From: Patescibacteria group bacterium
Lineage (GTDB): Bacteria; Patescibacteriota; Microgenomatia; UBA12405
Assembly: GCA_038062455.1 (NCBI GenBank)
Contig: JBBTXE010000001.1
Coordinates: forward strand, 122,371-186,370
Direction: 5' to 3'
Length of the DNA stretch: 64,000 nt
The notes under the pieces are model-generated. The model had not been told where the DNA came from. It worked only from the letters and a program-made list of their open reading frames with translations, and did not search any database. A program made the position numbers and the translations under genes. Below, piece after piece: positions 1-9,843 of the stretch; the stretch's first letter is position 1; each line of letters opens with the position of its first letter.

Positions 1-1200
1 TTCTAAAATATCCTTAATTTTCAACAATCTTTTTTCCACTCCTTTTTGGGCCATTTCGGCATCTTCGGTCGAAAAACCTTCTTCATCATGCTCATAGCTG
101 TTATAAAGATAAATTCCTTTTCCCGGAACAATTTTGGAAGACTTCTCTATTATCGTCTCTTCTTTTTCCGGATCATATAAGTTTTTTGAGCTTTCGCACA
201 AGATTTTATCCGCTAATACTATTACTGGTATATCGTATTTATTGGCCAAATTTATAGCCTTCCGACCTATTTCCAAACATTCTTCAGTGTTTCCCGGGGC
301 CATAACAATTTTGGCAAATTCTCCATGTCCGGCAAACACCGAATATAGCAGATCTCCTTGAGCTGTCCAAGTCGGCATTCCTGTTGCCGGCCCGGGTCTT
401 TGTCCCACAAAATAAACTACACCCGCCCCCACCATCCCGCCAAAACTAATCGCCTCGTTCATCAGGGCGAAACCGCCGCCCGATGTCGCCACCACCACTC
501 TGGCTCCGGCGATTGACGCTCCTGTTGCCTCGTTGGCCACCGCCAGTTCATCTTCGGGGTGAACCACTCTAATCCCAAATCTATCCTGATTTTTTGCCAA
601 AAAGTGCAGTACTCCACTTACCGGTGTCATTGGGTAGGCCGCCAAAAAATTACAGCCACCCTTGATAAGTCCCCAGCTAAAGGCTTCATTCCCATCTATA
701 ACTGTTTCTTTCCCTTCATTTGTTTTTGCTTTATTAATTTTTATTTCTTTAGAATTTTTTTGGGCCCAGGCAAATCCCGTCTCAAAAGCTTCCGGATTTT
801 TAAAATCTTTACCAAAATAATCAATTACTATTTTTTTGGCATTTTCCCGATTTAAACCCAAAACATAGGCAATCGCCCCGATACTGATTGTATTGGCGTA
901 TATTTGTCCTCCCAGTTGCGCCGTCATTGTCGCCAGAGGAATGTCCAAAAGATTGTGACCATCTTCTTCATGACCAGGGGTCAGAGCCACCAGCAAATCA
1001 GCCTTTCTATCGGCCATAAACACCTCTTCCGGACTGATGGTAATCTGATAGGTGTTATGTCCTCCGCGGATAAGCGATGGATATTCCGAATAATCGGCAG
1101 AATAATACCCCTCATTAGTGACAATTTTAGCCAGCAACAATCCGGCGCTTTTGATTCCCATCCCTGCCGGCCCGGCAATTTTGATGGTTATTCTTTTCAC
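1..1200 (-). CDS. 2-oxoacid:ferredoxin oxidoreductase, fused gamma-alpha subunit (5' part; gene runs off window start)
   Basis: Not in the ORF track. GTG start at 1200, open for exactly 400 codons to position 1. My translation reads VKRITIKIAGPAGMGIKSAGLLLAKI...YPSLIRGGHNTYQI (gamma-like), then DGNEAFSWGLIKGGCNFLAAYPMTPVS...SGGGFALMNEAISFGGM (alpha-like). Track ORFs 134-361, 559-855 and 904-1242 are antisense to it. Confidence 0.8.
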   Translation of the reverse strand, partial: MKRITIKIAGPAGMGIKSAGLLLAKIVTNEGYYSADYSEYPSLIRGGHNTYQITISPEEVFMADRKADLLVALTPGHEEDGHNLLDIPLATMTAQLGGQIYANTISIGAIAYVLGLNRENAKKIVIDYFGKDFKNPEAFETGFAWAQKNSKEIKINKAKTNEGKETVIDGNEAFSWGLIKGGCNFLAAYPMTPVSGVLHFLAKNQDRFGIRVVHPEDELAVANEATGASIAGARVVVATSGGGFALMNEAISFGGMVGAGVVYFVGQRPGPATGMPTWTAQGDLLYSVFAGHGEFAKIVMAPGNTEECLEIGRKAINLANKYDIPVIVLADKILCESSKNLYDPEKEETIIEKSSKIVPGKGIYLYNSYEHDEEGFSTEDAEMAQKGVEKRLLKIKDILE

Positions 1201-1477
1201 TTTATTATTTTACTATCAATTTGTTCTTTTTACCCGTTATAATCTTATTTAATGCTTCCCGATAGGCAATCTTTGGTAAGCTGTTTTTGTTTTTTTCTAA
1301 ATATTCTGCCAATTGTTCCACTCCTTGCTTATATTTAATACTGTGTTAGACTACAATCTGATTTTAGTTAAGGCTTGAAATCTAATATCTGCCCTCTTAA
1401 GCGCCAAGGTGCTTTGTTAAATTAAATTATGGGCACGTAATCCCTTCTGGGAAATTGCCTAAAAATTTAATTATCGT

Positions 1478-2713
1478 ATGTATTCCTCAAACTCGTCACG
1501 GGGTTTTCGACCCCGTTTTAATAATAATCGCGGTCCTTCTCGCGGATTTAATAATAACCCTCGTCGATTTACCCGCCGTATCCCTGGCGTAGGCGGGCCT
1601 CGTTTTTCGGCTCAAAAAATCAATCCGGCTCTCTTTGTCAAAGCCGGTTCTGATTTTAAGAAAATTGAAGAACTTACCACCCTTCACTTCTTCGAAGATT
1701 TCAAATTAAACCCGATTCTTTTGGCCAATATTCTAGCCAAAGGTTTTACCAAACCCACCCTAATTCAGGATCAGGCCATTCTGCCAATTTTAGAAAATCG
1801 TGACCTTTTAGGTATTGCCGACACCGGTACCGGCAAAACTGCCGCCTTTGCCATTCCTCTTATTAATCGAATTTTAAAAAACCCCAACGAGCGGATTTTA
1901 ATCATGGCTCCCACCCGTGAACTAGCCATGCAAATTCGACAGGACATCCGTTCTTTTACCCCCGGTCTCCGGGTATTTTTGGCTATAGCTATTGGCGGCG
2001 CCCATTTACGTGAGCAAATCATTGATATCCGCCGCGGTCCTCATTTTATTATCGGTACTCCCGGCCGGATCAAAGATCTTGGTTCTCGTCGGGTTATTGA
2101 TTTTTCCAAAATGACTGTTTTAGTTCTCGATGAAGTCGACCGGATGCTTGACATGGGATTTATCCACGACATCAAGTCTATCGTTGATCAAACACCTAAA
2201 ACCCGCCAAACCTTATTTTTTTCCGCCACTGTTGACCGCAAGATCGAAACACTAATTGGTACCTTTCTCCAAAATCCCGTCAAATTATCCATCAGAGCTC
2301 AATCCTCGGCCGCTCACATTGATCAAAATATTGTTCGTATCCCCCGGGCTTTTAAAGAACAAAAACTTCACGAAATTATGGCCAAACCCGAATTTAAAAA
2401 GGTATTAGTTTTTGGAGCCACCCAGCGAATGGTCGAAAAACTATCGGTATCATTAACTAACAAGGGTTTCAAGGCTCAAAGTCTTCATGGCGGTAAACCC
2501 CAAAATAAAAGAACCCAGGTGATTAAAATGTATCGGGAAAATATTTTCAATATTTTGGTGGCCACTGATGTTGCCGCCCGCGGTCTTGACATTGCCGATA
2601 TTACCCACGTAATCAACTACGATCAACCCAATAATTACGACGACTACATTCACCGTATCGGCCGCACCGGCCGCGGCAATGCCCGAGGTTCTGCCCTGAC
2701 TTTTGTCGAATAA
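1478..2713 (+). CDS. DEAD-box ATP-dependent RNA helicase with Arg/Gly/Asn-rich N-terminal extension
   Basis: Helicase motifs present: TKPTLIQ (Q), ADTGTGKTAAF (I), LDEVDRML (II, DEVD variant), SAT (III), HRIGRTGRG (VI). Confidence 0.92.
   Translation: MYSSNSSRGFRPRFNNNRGPSRGFNNNPRRFTRRIPGVGGPRFSAQKINPALFVKAGSDFKKIEELTTLHFFEDFKLNPILLANILAKGFTKPTLIQDQAILPILENRDLLGIADTGTGKTAAFAIPLINRILKNPNERILIMAPTRELAMQIRQDIRSFTPGLRVFLAIAIGGAHLREQIIDIRRGPHFIIGTPGRIKDLGSRRVIDFSKMTVLVLDEVDRMLDMGFIHDIKSIVDQTPKTRQTLFFSATVDRKIETLIGTFLQNPVKLSIRAQSSAAHIDQNIVRIPRAFKEQKLHEIMAKPEFKKVLVFGATQRMVEKLSVSLTNKGFKAQSLHGGKPQNKRTQVIKMYRENIFNILVATDVAARGLDIADITHVINYDQPNNYDDYIHRIGRTGRGNARGSALTFVE
1572..1597 (+). repeat. Hairpin repeat, GCGTAGGCGGG family, copy 1 (in frame inside the helicase N-terminus)
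   Basis: Sequence cccgccgtatccctggcgtaggcggg has a 6-bp stem cccgcc/ggcggg and encodes ..TRRIPGVGGPRF... It shares CGCCG...GCGTAGGCGGG with copies at 19483, 32513 and 61136. Confidence 0.7.
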
Positions 2714-2740
2714 AATCGTTTTTTATAAAAGATTTAAAAC

Positions 2741-3133
2741 CTACCGTCTTTTTTCTCGATATTCACCTTTTCGTTTTTTATAGAAATCATCATTGTGGTG
2801 TCCATTAAACATTTTTTCAGGATATTTTTCCTCATTGTGTTTGAGTTTATATGCGATAGCTTCGGTTATATCGATGTTTGTCTCATGACAAAAAGTAACA
2901 ATATACCAAATAACATCGGCGACTTCGGCCCTTATCTTGTCAATGTCCTTAGGTTTTAGGTTAGAACCGAGACTCTTGTTACTAGCGTCCCATTGAAAAA
3001 GCTCAAGTAATTCAGCGGCTTCAATAATAACCGATTTAGCAATGTCCTGGGCTACTGGGTTCCAACCTCTGGCTCGGTTGAAATCAATAATTCTTTTGGA
3101 TACTTCTTCGAACTTGGGTTGTTTTTTTGTCAT
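2741..3133 (-). CDS. MazG-like nucleotide pyrophosphohydrolase
   Basis: 130 aa. It has the paired acidic helices IIEAAELLELFQW and RAEVADVIWY typical of small all-alpha MazG/dCTPase-like NTP pyrophosphohydrolases. Confidence 0.7.
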   Translation of the reverse strand: MTKKQPKFEEVSKRIIDFNRARGWNPVAQDIAKSVIIEAAELLELFQWDASNKSLGSNLKPKDIDKIRAEVADVIWYIVTFCHETNIDITEAIAYKLKHNEEKYPEKMFNGHHNDDFYKKRKGEYREKRR

Positions 3134-3134
3134 C

Positions 3135-3539
3135 TCAGTAATTAATCTCTAAAACTTCTGGCGGGTTACTGTAGCGCAGCCACTTGGGAACAAACCTTAG
3201 AAATATTGATGTGGTTGATAAATAATCTTTTGTCTCCGGATGAATTGCCAATATTTGATTCTTCACCCCTTCGGCCATTGATCCCGAAGCAATTATGGTT
3301 TCACCATCAAGCTGCACCGAAGGACTATCCAATCCTCCAACTAAAATTGACGACAGGGGATTAATCGATAGGTTTTTCATTTTTCGGGTATTGGGTTCTG
3401 TCGACATTAATATTTCGTTACTGTCAGTAACAGCAATAGCCATCACTGCCGACTCCGGTTTGCCTTTTTTATCAGCGGTCGCCAATGTTGCCAACGACTG
3501 TTTTTTAACAAATTCCCAAACTCCTTTTTTATCTATCAT
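3135..3539 (-). CDS. Pyridoxamine 5'-phosphate oxidase-like FMN-binding family protein
   Basis: 134 aa. The N-terminus VWEFVKKQSLATLATADKKGKPESAVMAIAV resembles PNPOx/general stress protein 26-like split-barrel proteins. Confidence 0.55.
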   Translation of the reverse strand: MIDKKGVWEFVKKQSLATLATADKKGKPESAVMAIAVTDSNEILMSTEPNTRKMKNLSINPLSSILVGGLDSPSVQLDGETIIASGSMAEGVKNQILAIHPETKDYLSTTSIFLRFVPKWLRYSNPPEVLEINY

Positions 3540-4525
3540 ATTTTTATTAAATTTATAATTAATTTTACAATGGTATCTTTCTCACTTGGATCCGACACCG
3601 CCACCAACAAAGCCAGGGCAACCAGGGCTCGATCGTTTATTTTAGCTTCACCATTTTTTTTAAACAAAAAATTATTTTTACTTAGAAAGTATATAAACAA
3701 AGTTGATCCGATTCTTTTGTTTCCGTCAACAAAGGGATGGTCTTTAATTATAAAGTACAACAGATGAGCCGCCTTTTCCTCAATACTTGGATAGAGTTCT
3801 TTTCCATCAAAAGTTTGGGAGATGGCCCCGATTAAGCCTTCGAGTTTATGGCTATTTTCCATCCCGAAGTTTTCCGAAGCCAAACTTTGATTCAGTAATC
3901 TTGTTTTTAAGTCGTAAATATTTTGTATAGTCGTTTGATAATCAAGCGTAAATATTGATTTAGATTTTAATTTACCGATCGATAACTGTTGATCATCGTA
4001 AAGTTTTAGAAGTCGCAGTGAATCAATATATGTTTTGACGATTTCCAGTAATTCACTCTCTTGACCGACCAGCATCGGTGATTGAATTTTTGACTTTATC
4101 AGAGCCACACTGTCAGATAGTATCTTTAAACTTTTTTGTTGCTCCTTCAGTCGTTTTTGGTTTAAAACATAGCCTTTCACCAAATATAGTCTCAATGTTT
4201 TTGTTGCCCAAATTCTAAATTGAGTTGCTCGAACCGAATTTACTCGATATCCAACCGAGATAATGGCGTCAAGATTATAAAAATTTGTTTTATATGTTTT
4301 TCCATCTTTAGCAGTATGTTCCAAAATGGAACTAACTGTTTTTTTGCTAAGTTCTCCAGATTTAAATATGTTGTTCAAATGTTTTGTTATAGCTGGTCTT
4401 TGGGTGGAAAACAGAAGCGCAATTTGATCCTGAGTAATCCAAACTGAATCCTTTTTGAAATTAACTTCAAGTGAAATATTTCCGGTCTTAGACTTATATA
4501 TTGCAATCTGATTTTGTATTTTCAT
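3536..4525 (-). CDS. RhuM-like N-terminal domain fused to Fic/DOC (Doc-type) domain
   Basis: N-terminal region FYNLDAIISVGYRVNSVRATQFRIWATKTL matches the RhuM virulence-protein family. The C-terminus carries the Fido motif HPFVDGNKRIGS. ATGA overlap with the downstream ORF. Confidence 0.75.
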   Translation of the reverse strand: MKIQNQIAIYKSKTGNISLEVNFKKDSVWITQDQIALLFSTQRPAITKHLNNIFKSGELSKKTVSSILEHTAKDGKTYKTNFYNLDAIISVGYRVNSVRATQFRIWATKTLRLYLVKGYVLNQKRLKEQQKSLKILSDSVALIKSKIQSPMLVGQESELLEIVKTYIDSLRLLKLYDDQQLSIGKLKSKSIFTLDYQTTIQNIYDLKTRLLNQSLASENFGMENSHKLEGLIGAISQTFDGKELYPSIEEKAAHLLYFIIKDHPFVDGNKRIGSTLFIYFLSKNNFLFKKNGEAKINDRALVALALLVAVSDPSEKDTIVKLIINLIKI

Positions 4526-4563
4526 GATCTACTATAACCCGAAGAAAAGACGAAGTAAAGGAA

Positions 4564-5532
4564 TTAAATTCTGATAAGTTTTTCTAGCCAGGGAATACTC
4601 TCATTTTTTCTCCTCCACCACAAATCTTCCCAAATGTAATGAACAGCCAGTTGTTCGTAGGGATGGAATTGCTCAAACCATTTCAAGATTTTTTCCACAG
4701 GAACAGGAGTGTCCGGATCAACGTTGAAAAACAGTTTGGAATAAATTTTCTGTTCCCAGGGAGAAATGTAATCAAAGAAATCGAAATGATGAAAAACATC
4801 AAATAGTAAATACCAAACAGTCGCCGGACCAACCCCATACAGTTTGAGTAATTCTTCTTTTTGGGTTTTCAAATCTTTTTGTCGAAGATTATTTTCATCA
4901 ATAATATTTTGTGAGAAGGCATCATCTATCTTTTTAAGAGCCTTAGCCCGATAGCCAATTTTAAGGGATCGTAATTCTTCTTCCGAAATATTTAGAAGTC
5001 CGCCAGGTAACCAAAAACACCACAGTTTTTGGGTGTCATATTCAAGTTGGGTTCCGTATTTCTCAAACAACACCTGCATCATCTGAATTGATCTATTGAC
5101 GGTGCAGTTTTGCAGCATCAAACCGATAACTAAATATTCATAAAGCGAGTCTTGATGACCCGGTCTCAACCCTCGCCATTTAGTGATTATTGGACCCAAA
5201 ACCGGGTCATTTTTAAATTTATGATAAAAATTACCGAGATCAAGATTGAGATTGTAGCGGTAGCTAACTTCTTTAATAAACGACCCAACAAACTTGTCTG
5301 CTAATTTTTCTTGAGAATAAATCTCTACTATAATTTTTGGATTTTCTACTTCACCTTGATTAATAAATTTAACCCCCAACGATTCTTTTTGAAATAAAAA
5401 AGTTTGCCACCTGACCCCTGGTTGCCAGCGATTATCTCCACTCTCAAAATGAGCCGGTTTGTGAAACGTGGCATCAAAGTTAAACGGAGCCAAGGGAGTT
5501 ATTTCAATTATTTTTTTGTTAATAAGTTCCAT
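4564..5532 (-). CDS. HhH-GPD / AlkA-like DNA glycosylase family protein
   Basis: Helix-hairpin-helix LKLYGVGPATVWYLL in the C-terminal half. I start it at MELINKK (5532), 5 nt after the upstream stop, rather than the track start 5613, which overlaps the neighbour. Confidence 0.55.
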   Translation of the reverse strand: MELINKKIIEITPLAPFNFDATFHKPAHFESGDNRWQPGVRWQTFLFQKESLGVKFINQGEVENPKIIVEIYSQEKLADKFVGSFIKEVSYRYNLNLDLGNFYHKFKNDPVLGPIITKWRGLRPGHQDSLYEYLVIGLMLQNCTVNRSIQMMQVLFEKYGTQLEYDTQKLWCFWLPGGLLNISEEELRSLKIGYRAKALKKIDDAFSQNIIDENNLRQKDLKTQKEELLKLYGVGPATVWYLLFDVFHHFDFFDYISPWEQKIYSKLFFNVDPDTPVPVEKILKWFEQFHPYEQLAVHYIWEDLWWRRKNESIPWLEKLIRI

Positions 5533-5537
5533 TTTAT

Positions 5538-6410
5538 TTATTTTTTCTTTGGTAAATCGCGATGATAGATAACATGGCCGAGACCAAGCTTGAGTTTTCT
5601 TCCCCTTAGACATTCTTCAATGACCCGACTTAGTTGTTGGCGATATTCTTTCGAATCTGCTTTTTGAAATTCCGGAATAAGTTCCGGGGATTTTTTTTCT
5701 AAATATTCAAAAAGTCTGTCCTTTATTTTTGGAGACAAATTTATGTGTTCAAACCAAACCTCGGTAATTCCAGCCTCTTGGAGAGTATCCAGAAGTTTAT
5801 TTATTTCGTCTTTGTTATTAATAAAATGGGGTAATAGAGGACCAATAAAAGCATAAGTCGGTATTTTTTCCCGGCTTAATTTTTTGATCGCCTCAATTCG
5901 AGCCGATACCAACGGAGCCTCAACTTCCAAAAATCGGGAAACTTTGTCATCTAATGTAGTCACTGTAAACCCGATTGATACATCTTTAAATTTTTTAAAC
6001 AGATCAATGTCCCTGGTTATGAGGGGGGATTTGGTCTGCAGTGCCACCTGCCCTCGGTAGTCAAAATCCACCAACACCTGCAAGCATTTTTGGGTCAACT
6101 GATATTTTGCTTCCATGCCGGTATACGGATCCGTTACCGAAGAGAACCAAATAATCCCAAAGTTTTTTGACTTATGTTTTTTTTCCAGTTTTTCCAGATC
6201 CTTTTTTAATAATTCCGGCGCATTTATTTTTACATCTAAAAAACTGCCCCACACTTCTCCCGGATGTTTCCATCTGGCAATCTGGGCGGCATAGCAATAC
6301 ATACAGGCAAATTGACAACCGTTGTAGGGGTTGATGACATAATCACATCCCGGCAAACTCGTTTTCGTCAGTATCGTCTTGGCAGTAATTTCGTTAATTT
6401 TTTGAGTCAC
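5538..6410 (-). CDS. Radical SAM protein, SplB/DNA-repair-photolyase-like (COG1533-type)
   Basis: N-terminal INPYNGCQFACMYCYA carries the CxxxCxxC radical-SAM cluster motif in the context typical of the SplB-like family. Confidence 0.7.
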   Translation of the reverse strand: MTQKINEITAKTILTKTSLPGCDYVINPYNGCQFACMYCYAAQIARWKHPGEVWGSFLDVKINAPELLKKDLEKLEKKHKSKNFGIIWFSSVTDPYTGMEAKYQLTQKCLQVLVDFDYRGQVALQTKSPLITRDIDLFKKFKDVSIGFTVTTLDDKVSRFLEVEAPLVSARIEAIKKLSREKIPTYAFIGPLLPHFINNKDEINKLLDTLQEAGITEVWFEHINLSPKIKDRLFEYLEKKSPELIPEFQKADSKEYRQQLSRVIEECLRGRKLKLGLGHVIYHRDLPKKK

Positions 6411-8892
6411 TTTTAATTTCTCCAGTAATAAATCTTCTTTTGTTATTTAATGCACGGTTCAATTGATAGCCTGATTTCAAAACTTCTACTGTGAAAAACA
6501 TTAAGACTGATAGACCCATTGCTGTTAACCAATATGGTAGGGACAGATTACTTAAACCGAAAAATTGTCTTAGCGTGGAAGTTGTAAATGGTAACACCTG
6601 CAAAACAAAACCTGCCATAACAGCCACACTCAACCATTTATTTTCAAAAGGATTACTTTTCCAGAATGGAGTCATCAAGGTTCTCACCGAGAATACATAG
6701 ACCAGAGAGTCAAGGCCGAGTGTAATAAAAGCCATGGAGCGGGCCGTAGTTAAATCACCTGTCATCCTATATACCAGAATAAAGGAAAACAATACGGTTA
6801 GACTAGACACAATACTAATAATACCGATTAGGCTAATCATCCAGGTGGTAACCAAGCGTTCACTTGGTAAACGAGGCCCTTCCTTCATAATATCAGCTCT
6901 TTTGGGATCCACTGTCAAAGCCAAATTGGGGAACCCATCAGAAACTAAATTTATCCATAATATTTGCACAGCAATTATTGGCAAAGGCAAACCAAGCATA
7001 ATCCCTCCAGTTATTAAAATGATTTCAGCAAAGGCATCGCTCATAAGATATAAAATGATTTTTCTGATGTTCCCAAACATAGCCCTGCCTTCTTCTATTG
7101 CTCTCACTATTGTTGAAAAGTTAGAATCAAGAAGTACGAGGTCTGCCGATTCCTTGGCAACATCAGTAGCTTCTCCCACCACAATACCGATGTCTGCTTT
7201 GTGTAGAGCCGGGGCGTCATTGACTCCATCGCCCATCATCGCCACAATCTCTCCATTTTTCTTCAATGCTTCCACTATTATGAGTTTTTGGTCCGGCGTA
7301 GTTCTGGCAAATAGTCTTACAGACTTCACTTTTTGCGCTAACTGTTTAACTGTTAATTTTTCTAACTCTTCCCCCGTCATTACTTCTTCATTACTGATTG
7401 CTATTCCCAATTCCTGCAAGACAAATTCTGAAGTTTTTGAGTAATCACCAGTAATCACAATTGTCCTGATACCGGCGGATACGGTCTGTTCAAGTGCCTC
7501 TCTGACTCCCGGCCGAACTGGGTCAGAGAAAGCCAAAAGGCCAATCCAACCAAGACCATCCTTGGCATCGTCGGTGACTAATGATTTTTTGTCAAGAGAG
7601 ACTTCTTTTCGGGCAAATCCAATAATTCTTTTCCCTTGTTTAGTAAGACCATCAATAGTTGAAAGAACCTCATTTTTCTCTTTTTCAGATAATGTCGTCC
7701 ATTGAAGTAAAAGTTCGGGTGCCCCATTTACAAAAACCATATTACTGTTATCTGACCACTGATTGAGGCTAACAAAGAATCGTTCCTTAGAGGAGAATGG
7801 GATACTATCCTCTCTTTGGTGTTCGGAAACAAAATCCTTAATAATAGTTCGCCCCCACTCAAAGGCCGCAATGACAATCGGGTCATCCAGGTCATTGGCT
7901 AAAAGTACCTGTTCAGCCAACTTTTTTTCGTTTCCTATGCAATCAACCACTTTCATTTTTCCTTGAGTCAATGTACCTGTTTTATCCACACAAATGACGG
8001 TGACTCCACCAAGCGTTTCAGCTGCGGATAATTTTCTTACCAGACCCCGATGTTTCAATATCTTCTGCATTCCGATAGCCAATACTACGGTGAGAGAAAC
8101 AAGCAGTCCCTCAGGAATACTCGATACCGCTAATGCAACAGAAGTAACAAATATTTCTGTTAAATTGAATCCATATAAAATACCGAGGATGAATACGATT
8201 GTTATCAATACACCAATCACCACGACCAATTGGTTGCTGAAACCTTTAAGCTGTCTTTGAAGTGGAGTATCTTCCTCGACTTCCTGTATCTCCCCCGCAA
8301 TTGCCCCCATCTTCGTTGTCGCTCCTATTGCTTCAACCACCATAACTGCTTGCCCTGAGGAAACGGTCGTTCCCATAAAAACATCATTATCTTTAACTTT
8401 ATTTACAGGCATACTTTCACCAGTAAGTACAGCTTCATCAACATATAGGCGATTGGCAAACGTAAGTTTTCCATCAGCCGGCACTTTTACTCCTTGGCTT
8501 AAAATTATCACGTCCCCGGGAACAATCTGCGATGTATCAATGGATACCCTATTTCCTTCCCGAATAACTGTCGCTTTATCGGTTATGTAGTGTTTAAGAG
8601 CGTGCAAAGCATTAGACGCTCTGTTTTCCTGCACAAAACCCAAAATAGTATTTATGAAAACAGCCAGAGAGATGATAATCGCATCGGTATAATGACCAAT
8701 AGCCAAAGTAACCAGACCCGCCAACAGCAATACGTACACTAGAGGACTCTTTAACTGCTGGATAAAAATGGAAAGCTGGCTTGGTGAAGGTTTTTCGGGT
8801 AAAACATTCAAACCACACTGCTCTTGTCTTTTTATAACTTCTTCATTGGATAGCCCTTTTTCATTCGGAAACATATAACTATTTTCGCACAA
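6394..8892 (-). CDS. P-type cation-transporting ATPase (type II, Ca2+-ATPase-like)
   Basis: DKTGTLT phosphorylation site, TGES, ITGDYSKT, MMGDGVNDAPALHKADIG, about 10 TM segments. Possible alternative start MFPNEKG at 8874. Confidence 0.9.
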   Translation of the reverse strand: MCENSYMFPNEKGLSNEEVIKRQEQCGLNVLPEKPSPSQLSIFIQQLKSPLVYVLLLAGLVTLAIGHYTDAIIISLAVFINTILGFVQENRASNALHALKHYITDKATVIREGNRVSIDTSQIVPGDVIILSQGVKVPADGKLTFANRLYVDEAVLTGESMPVNKVKDNDVFMGTTVSSGQAVMVVEAIGATTKMGAIAGEIQEVEEDTPLQRQLKGFSNQLVVVIGVLITIVFILGILYGFNLTEIFVTSVALAVSSIPEGLLVSLTVVLAIGMQKILKHRGLVRKLSAAETLGGVTVICVDKTGTLTQGKMKVVDCIGNEKKLAEQVLLANDLDDPIVIAAFEWGRTIIKDFVSEHQREDSIPFSSKERFFVSLNQWSDNSNMVFVNGAPELLLQWTTLSEKEKNEVLSTIDGLTKQGKRIIGFARKEVSLDKKSLVTDDAKDGLGWIGLLAFSDPVRPGVREALEQTVSAGIRTIVITGDYSKTSEFVLQELGIAISNEEVMTGEELEKLTVKQLAQKVKSVRLFARTTPDQKLIIVEALKKNGEIVAMMGDGVNDAPALHKADIGIVVGEATDVAKESADLVLLDSNFSTIVRAIEEGRAMFGNIRKIILYLMSDAFAEIILITGGIMLGLPLPIIAVQILWINLVSDGFPNLALTVDPKRADIMKEGPRLPSERLVTTWMISLIGIISIVSSLTVLFSFILVYRMTGDLTTARSMAFITLGLDSLVYVFSVRTLMTPFWKSNPFENKWLSVAVMAGFVLQVLPFTTSTLRQFFGLSNLSLPYWLTAMGLSVLMFFTVEVLKSGYQLNRALNNKRRFITGEIKSDSKN

Positions 8893-8910
8893 ATACGATA
8901 AGATATTAGT

Positions 8911-9843
8911 ATGGTTATTTTGTTAGTTATCCTGTTAAGTTTGTTTCTTTTAGTTAAATCAGCAGATATGTTTGTTGGTCAAGCATCATCTCTGGCGAAA
9001 AAACTAAAGGTAGATAACTTTTTAATCGGTTTTACCGTAGTTGCTTTTGGTACTTCCCTGCCGGAACTAATATCCACCCTATTCTCGTCAATATCTGGAC
9101 ACAATCAGCTGGTGATGTCCAATATCATTGGCAGTAATATCGCTAACCTCTGTTTAGTTTTTGGCGTTGTTGCTTTGTTTAATAACTATCGAATCAAGAA
9201 AAGAGATGTGGATATAAACATTCCCTTAAATATCACCGCTTTAATGGCTTTTTGGGCATTATCAGTTTTTATGGGTTTTACCTTAAATTGGGCATCAGGA
9301 ATTTCATTAATCCTGCTATTTTTAGTCCTAATTCTTTTGTCGAAAGATTACAATCACTTTGAATCAGTCAAAAAAGAGTATGTGATTTTTAACCCTCTTT
9401 ATCTAATAATTTCGTTGGCATTATTAGTTCTATCGGGAAAAGTCTGCATCGACCAAATTATAAATCTGGCCAATCAACTAAAAATTTCCGAAACTATATT
9501 GGGGTATTTTCTGTTGGCAATCGGCACTTCTCTGCCTGAACTAGTGACTACCTGGGTAGCAGTCAAGAAAAATAACGGGGAATTGGGAATGGGGAATATA
9601 TTAGGCTCAAATCTATTTAATTTGTTGTTTATATTAGGCATCTCAACCTTTATTAGACCGATTCAATTAAACGGATTTGTTTATGATTTAATTTTTTTAA
9701 CCGGGGTGACCTTGATGACATATGTTTTTGCTATTACTGGAAAAAAGTATTCATTCAGCAAAAAGGAAGGAATAGGATTATTGATGGTTTATATTCTGTT
9801 TGCGGTTTTCCAAATTTCTAAAAGTTTCCTGAAACTGTATTAA
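8911..9843 (+). CDS. Na+/Ca2+ exchanger (CaCA/YrbG family) membrane protein
   Basis: Two alpha-repeats, GTSLPELISTL and GTSLPELVTTW, in a 10-TM-like protein. Divergent from the Ca-ATPase-like gene. Confidence 0.85.
   Translation: MVILLVILLSLFLLVKSADMFVGQASSLAKKLKVDNFLIGFTVVAFGTSLPELISTLFSSISGHNQLVMSNIIGSNIANLCLVFGVVALFNNYRIKKRDVDINIPLNITALMAFWALSVFMGFTLNWASGISLILLFLVLILLSKDYNHFESVKKEYVIFNPLYLIISLALLVLSGKVCIDQIINLANQLKISETILGYFLLAIGTSLPELVTTWVAVKKNNGELGMGNILGSNLFNLLFILGISTFIRPIQLNGFVYDLIFLTGVTLMTYVFAITGKKYSFSKKEGIGLLMVYILFAVFQISKSFLKLY

Noticed and set aside
134-1242. Track ORFs 134-361, 559-855, 904-1242 (+) and 981-1178 (-).
   Set aside because: They lie antisense to, or out of frame within, a clearly recognisable GTG-initiated 2-oxoacid:ferredoxin oxidoreductase gene on the minus strand. 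Their compositions are typical of shadow ORFs.
1205-1312. 35-aa minus-strand ORF (TTG start after GGAG; MAEYLEKNKNSLPKIAYREALNKIITGKKNKLIVK) ending 4 nt before the oxidoreductase GTG.
   Set aside because: It is too short and has no motif I can place. It could be a real upstream mini-ORF, but it is not supportable from sequence alone.
9818-9843. Convergent 3' overlaps (rarA/CaCA 26 nt; 13968-13998; 27547-27580; trmD/55477 ORF 59 nt; 61364-61372) as possible antisense regulation.
   Set aside because: These are most simply explained by genome compaction or by slightly over-extended C-termini of poorly conserved ORFs. The sequence shows no specific signal.
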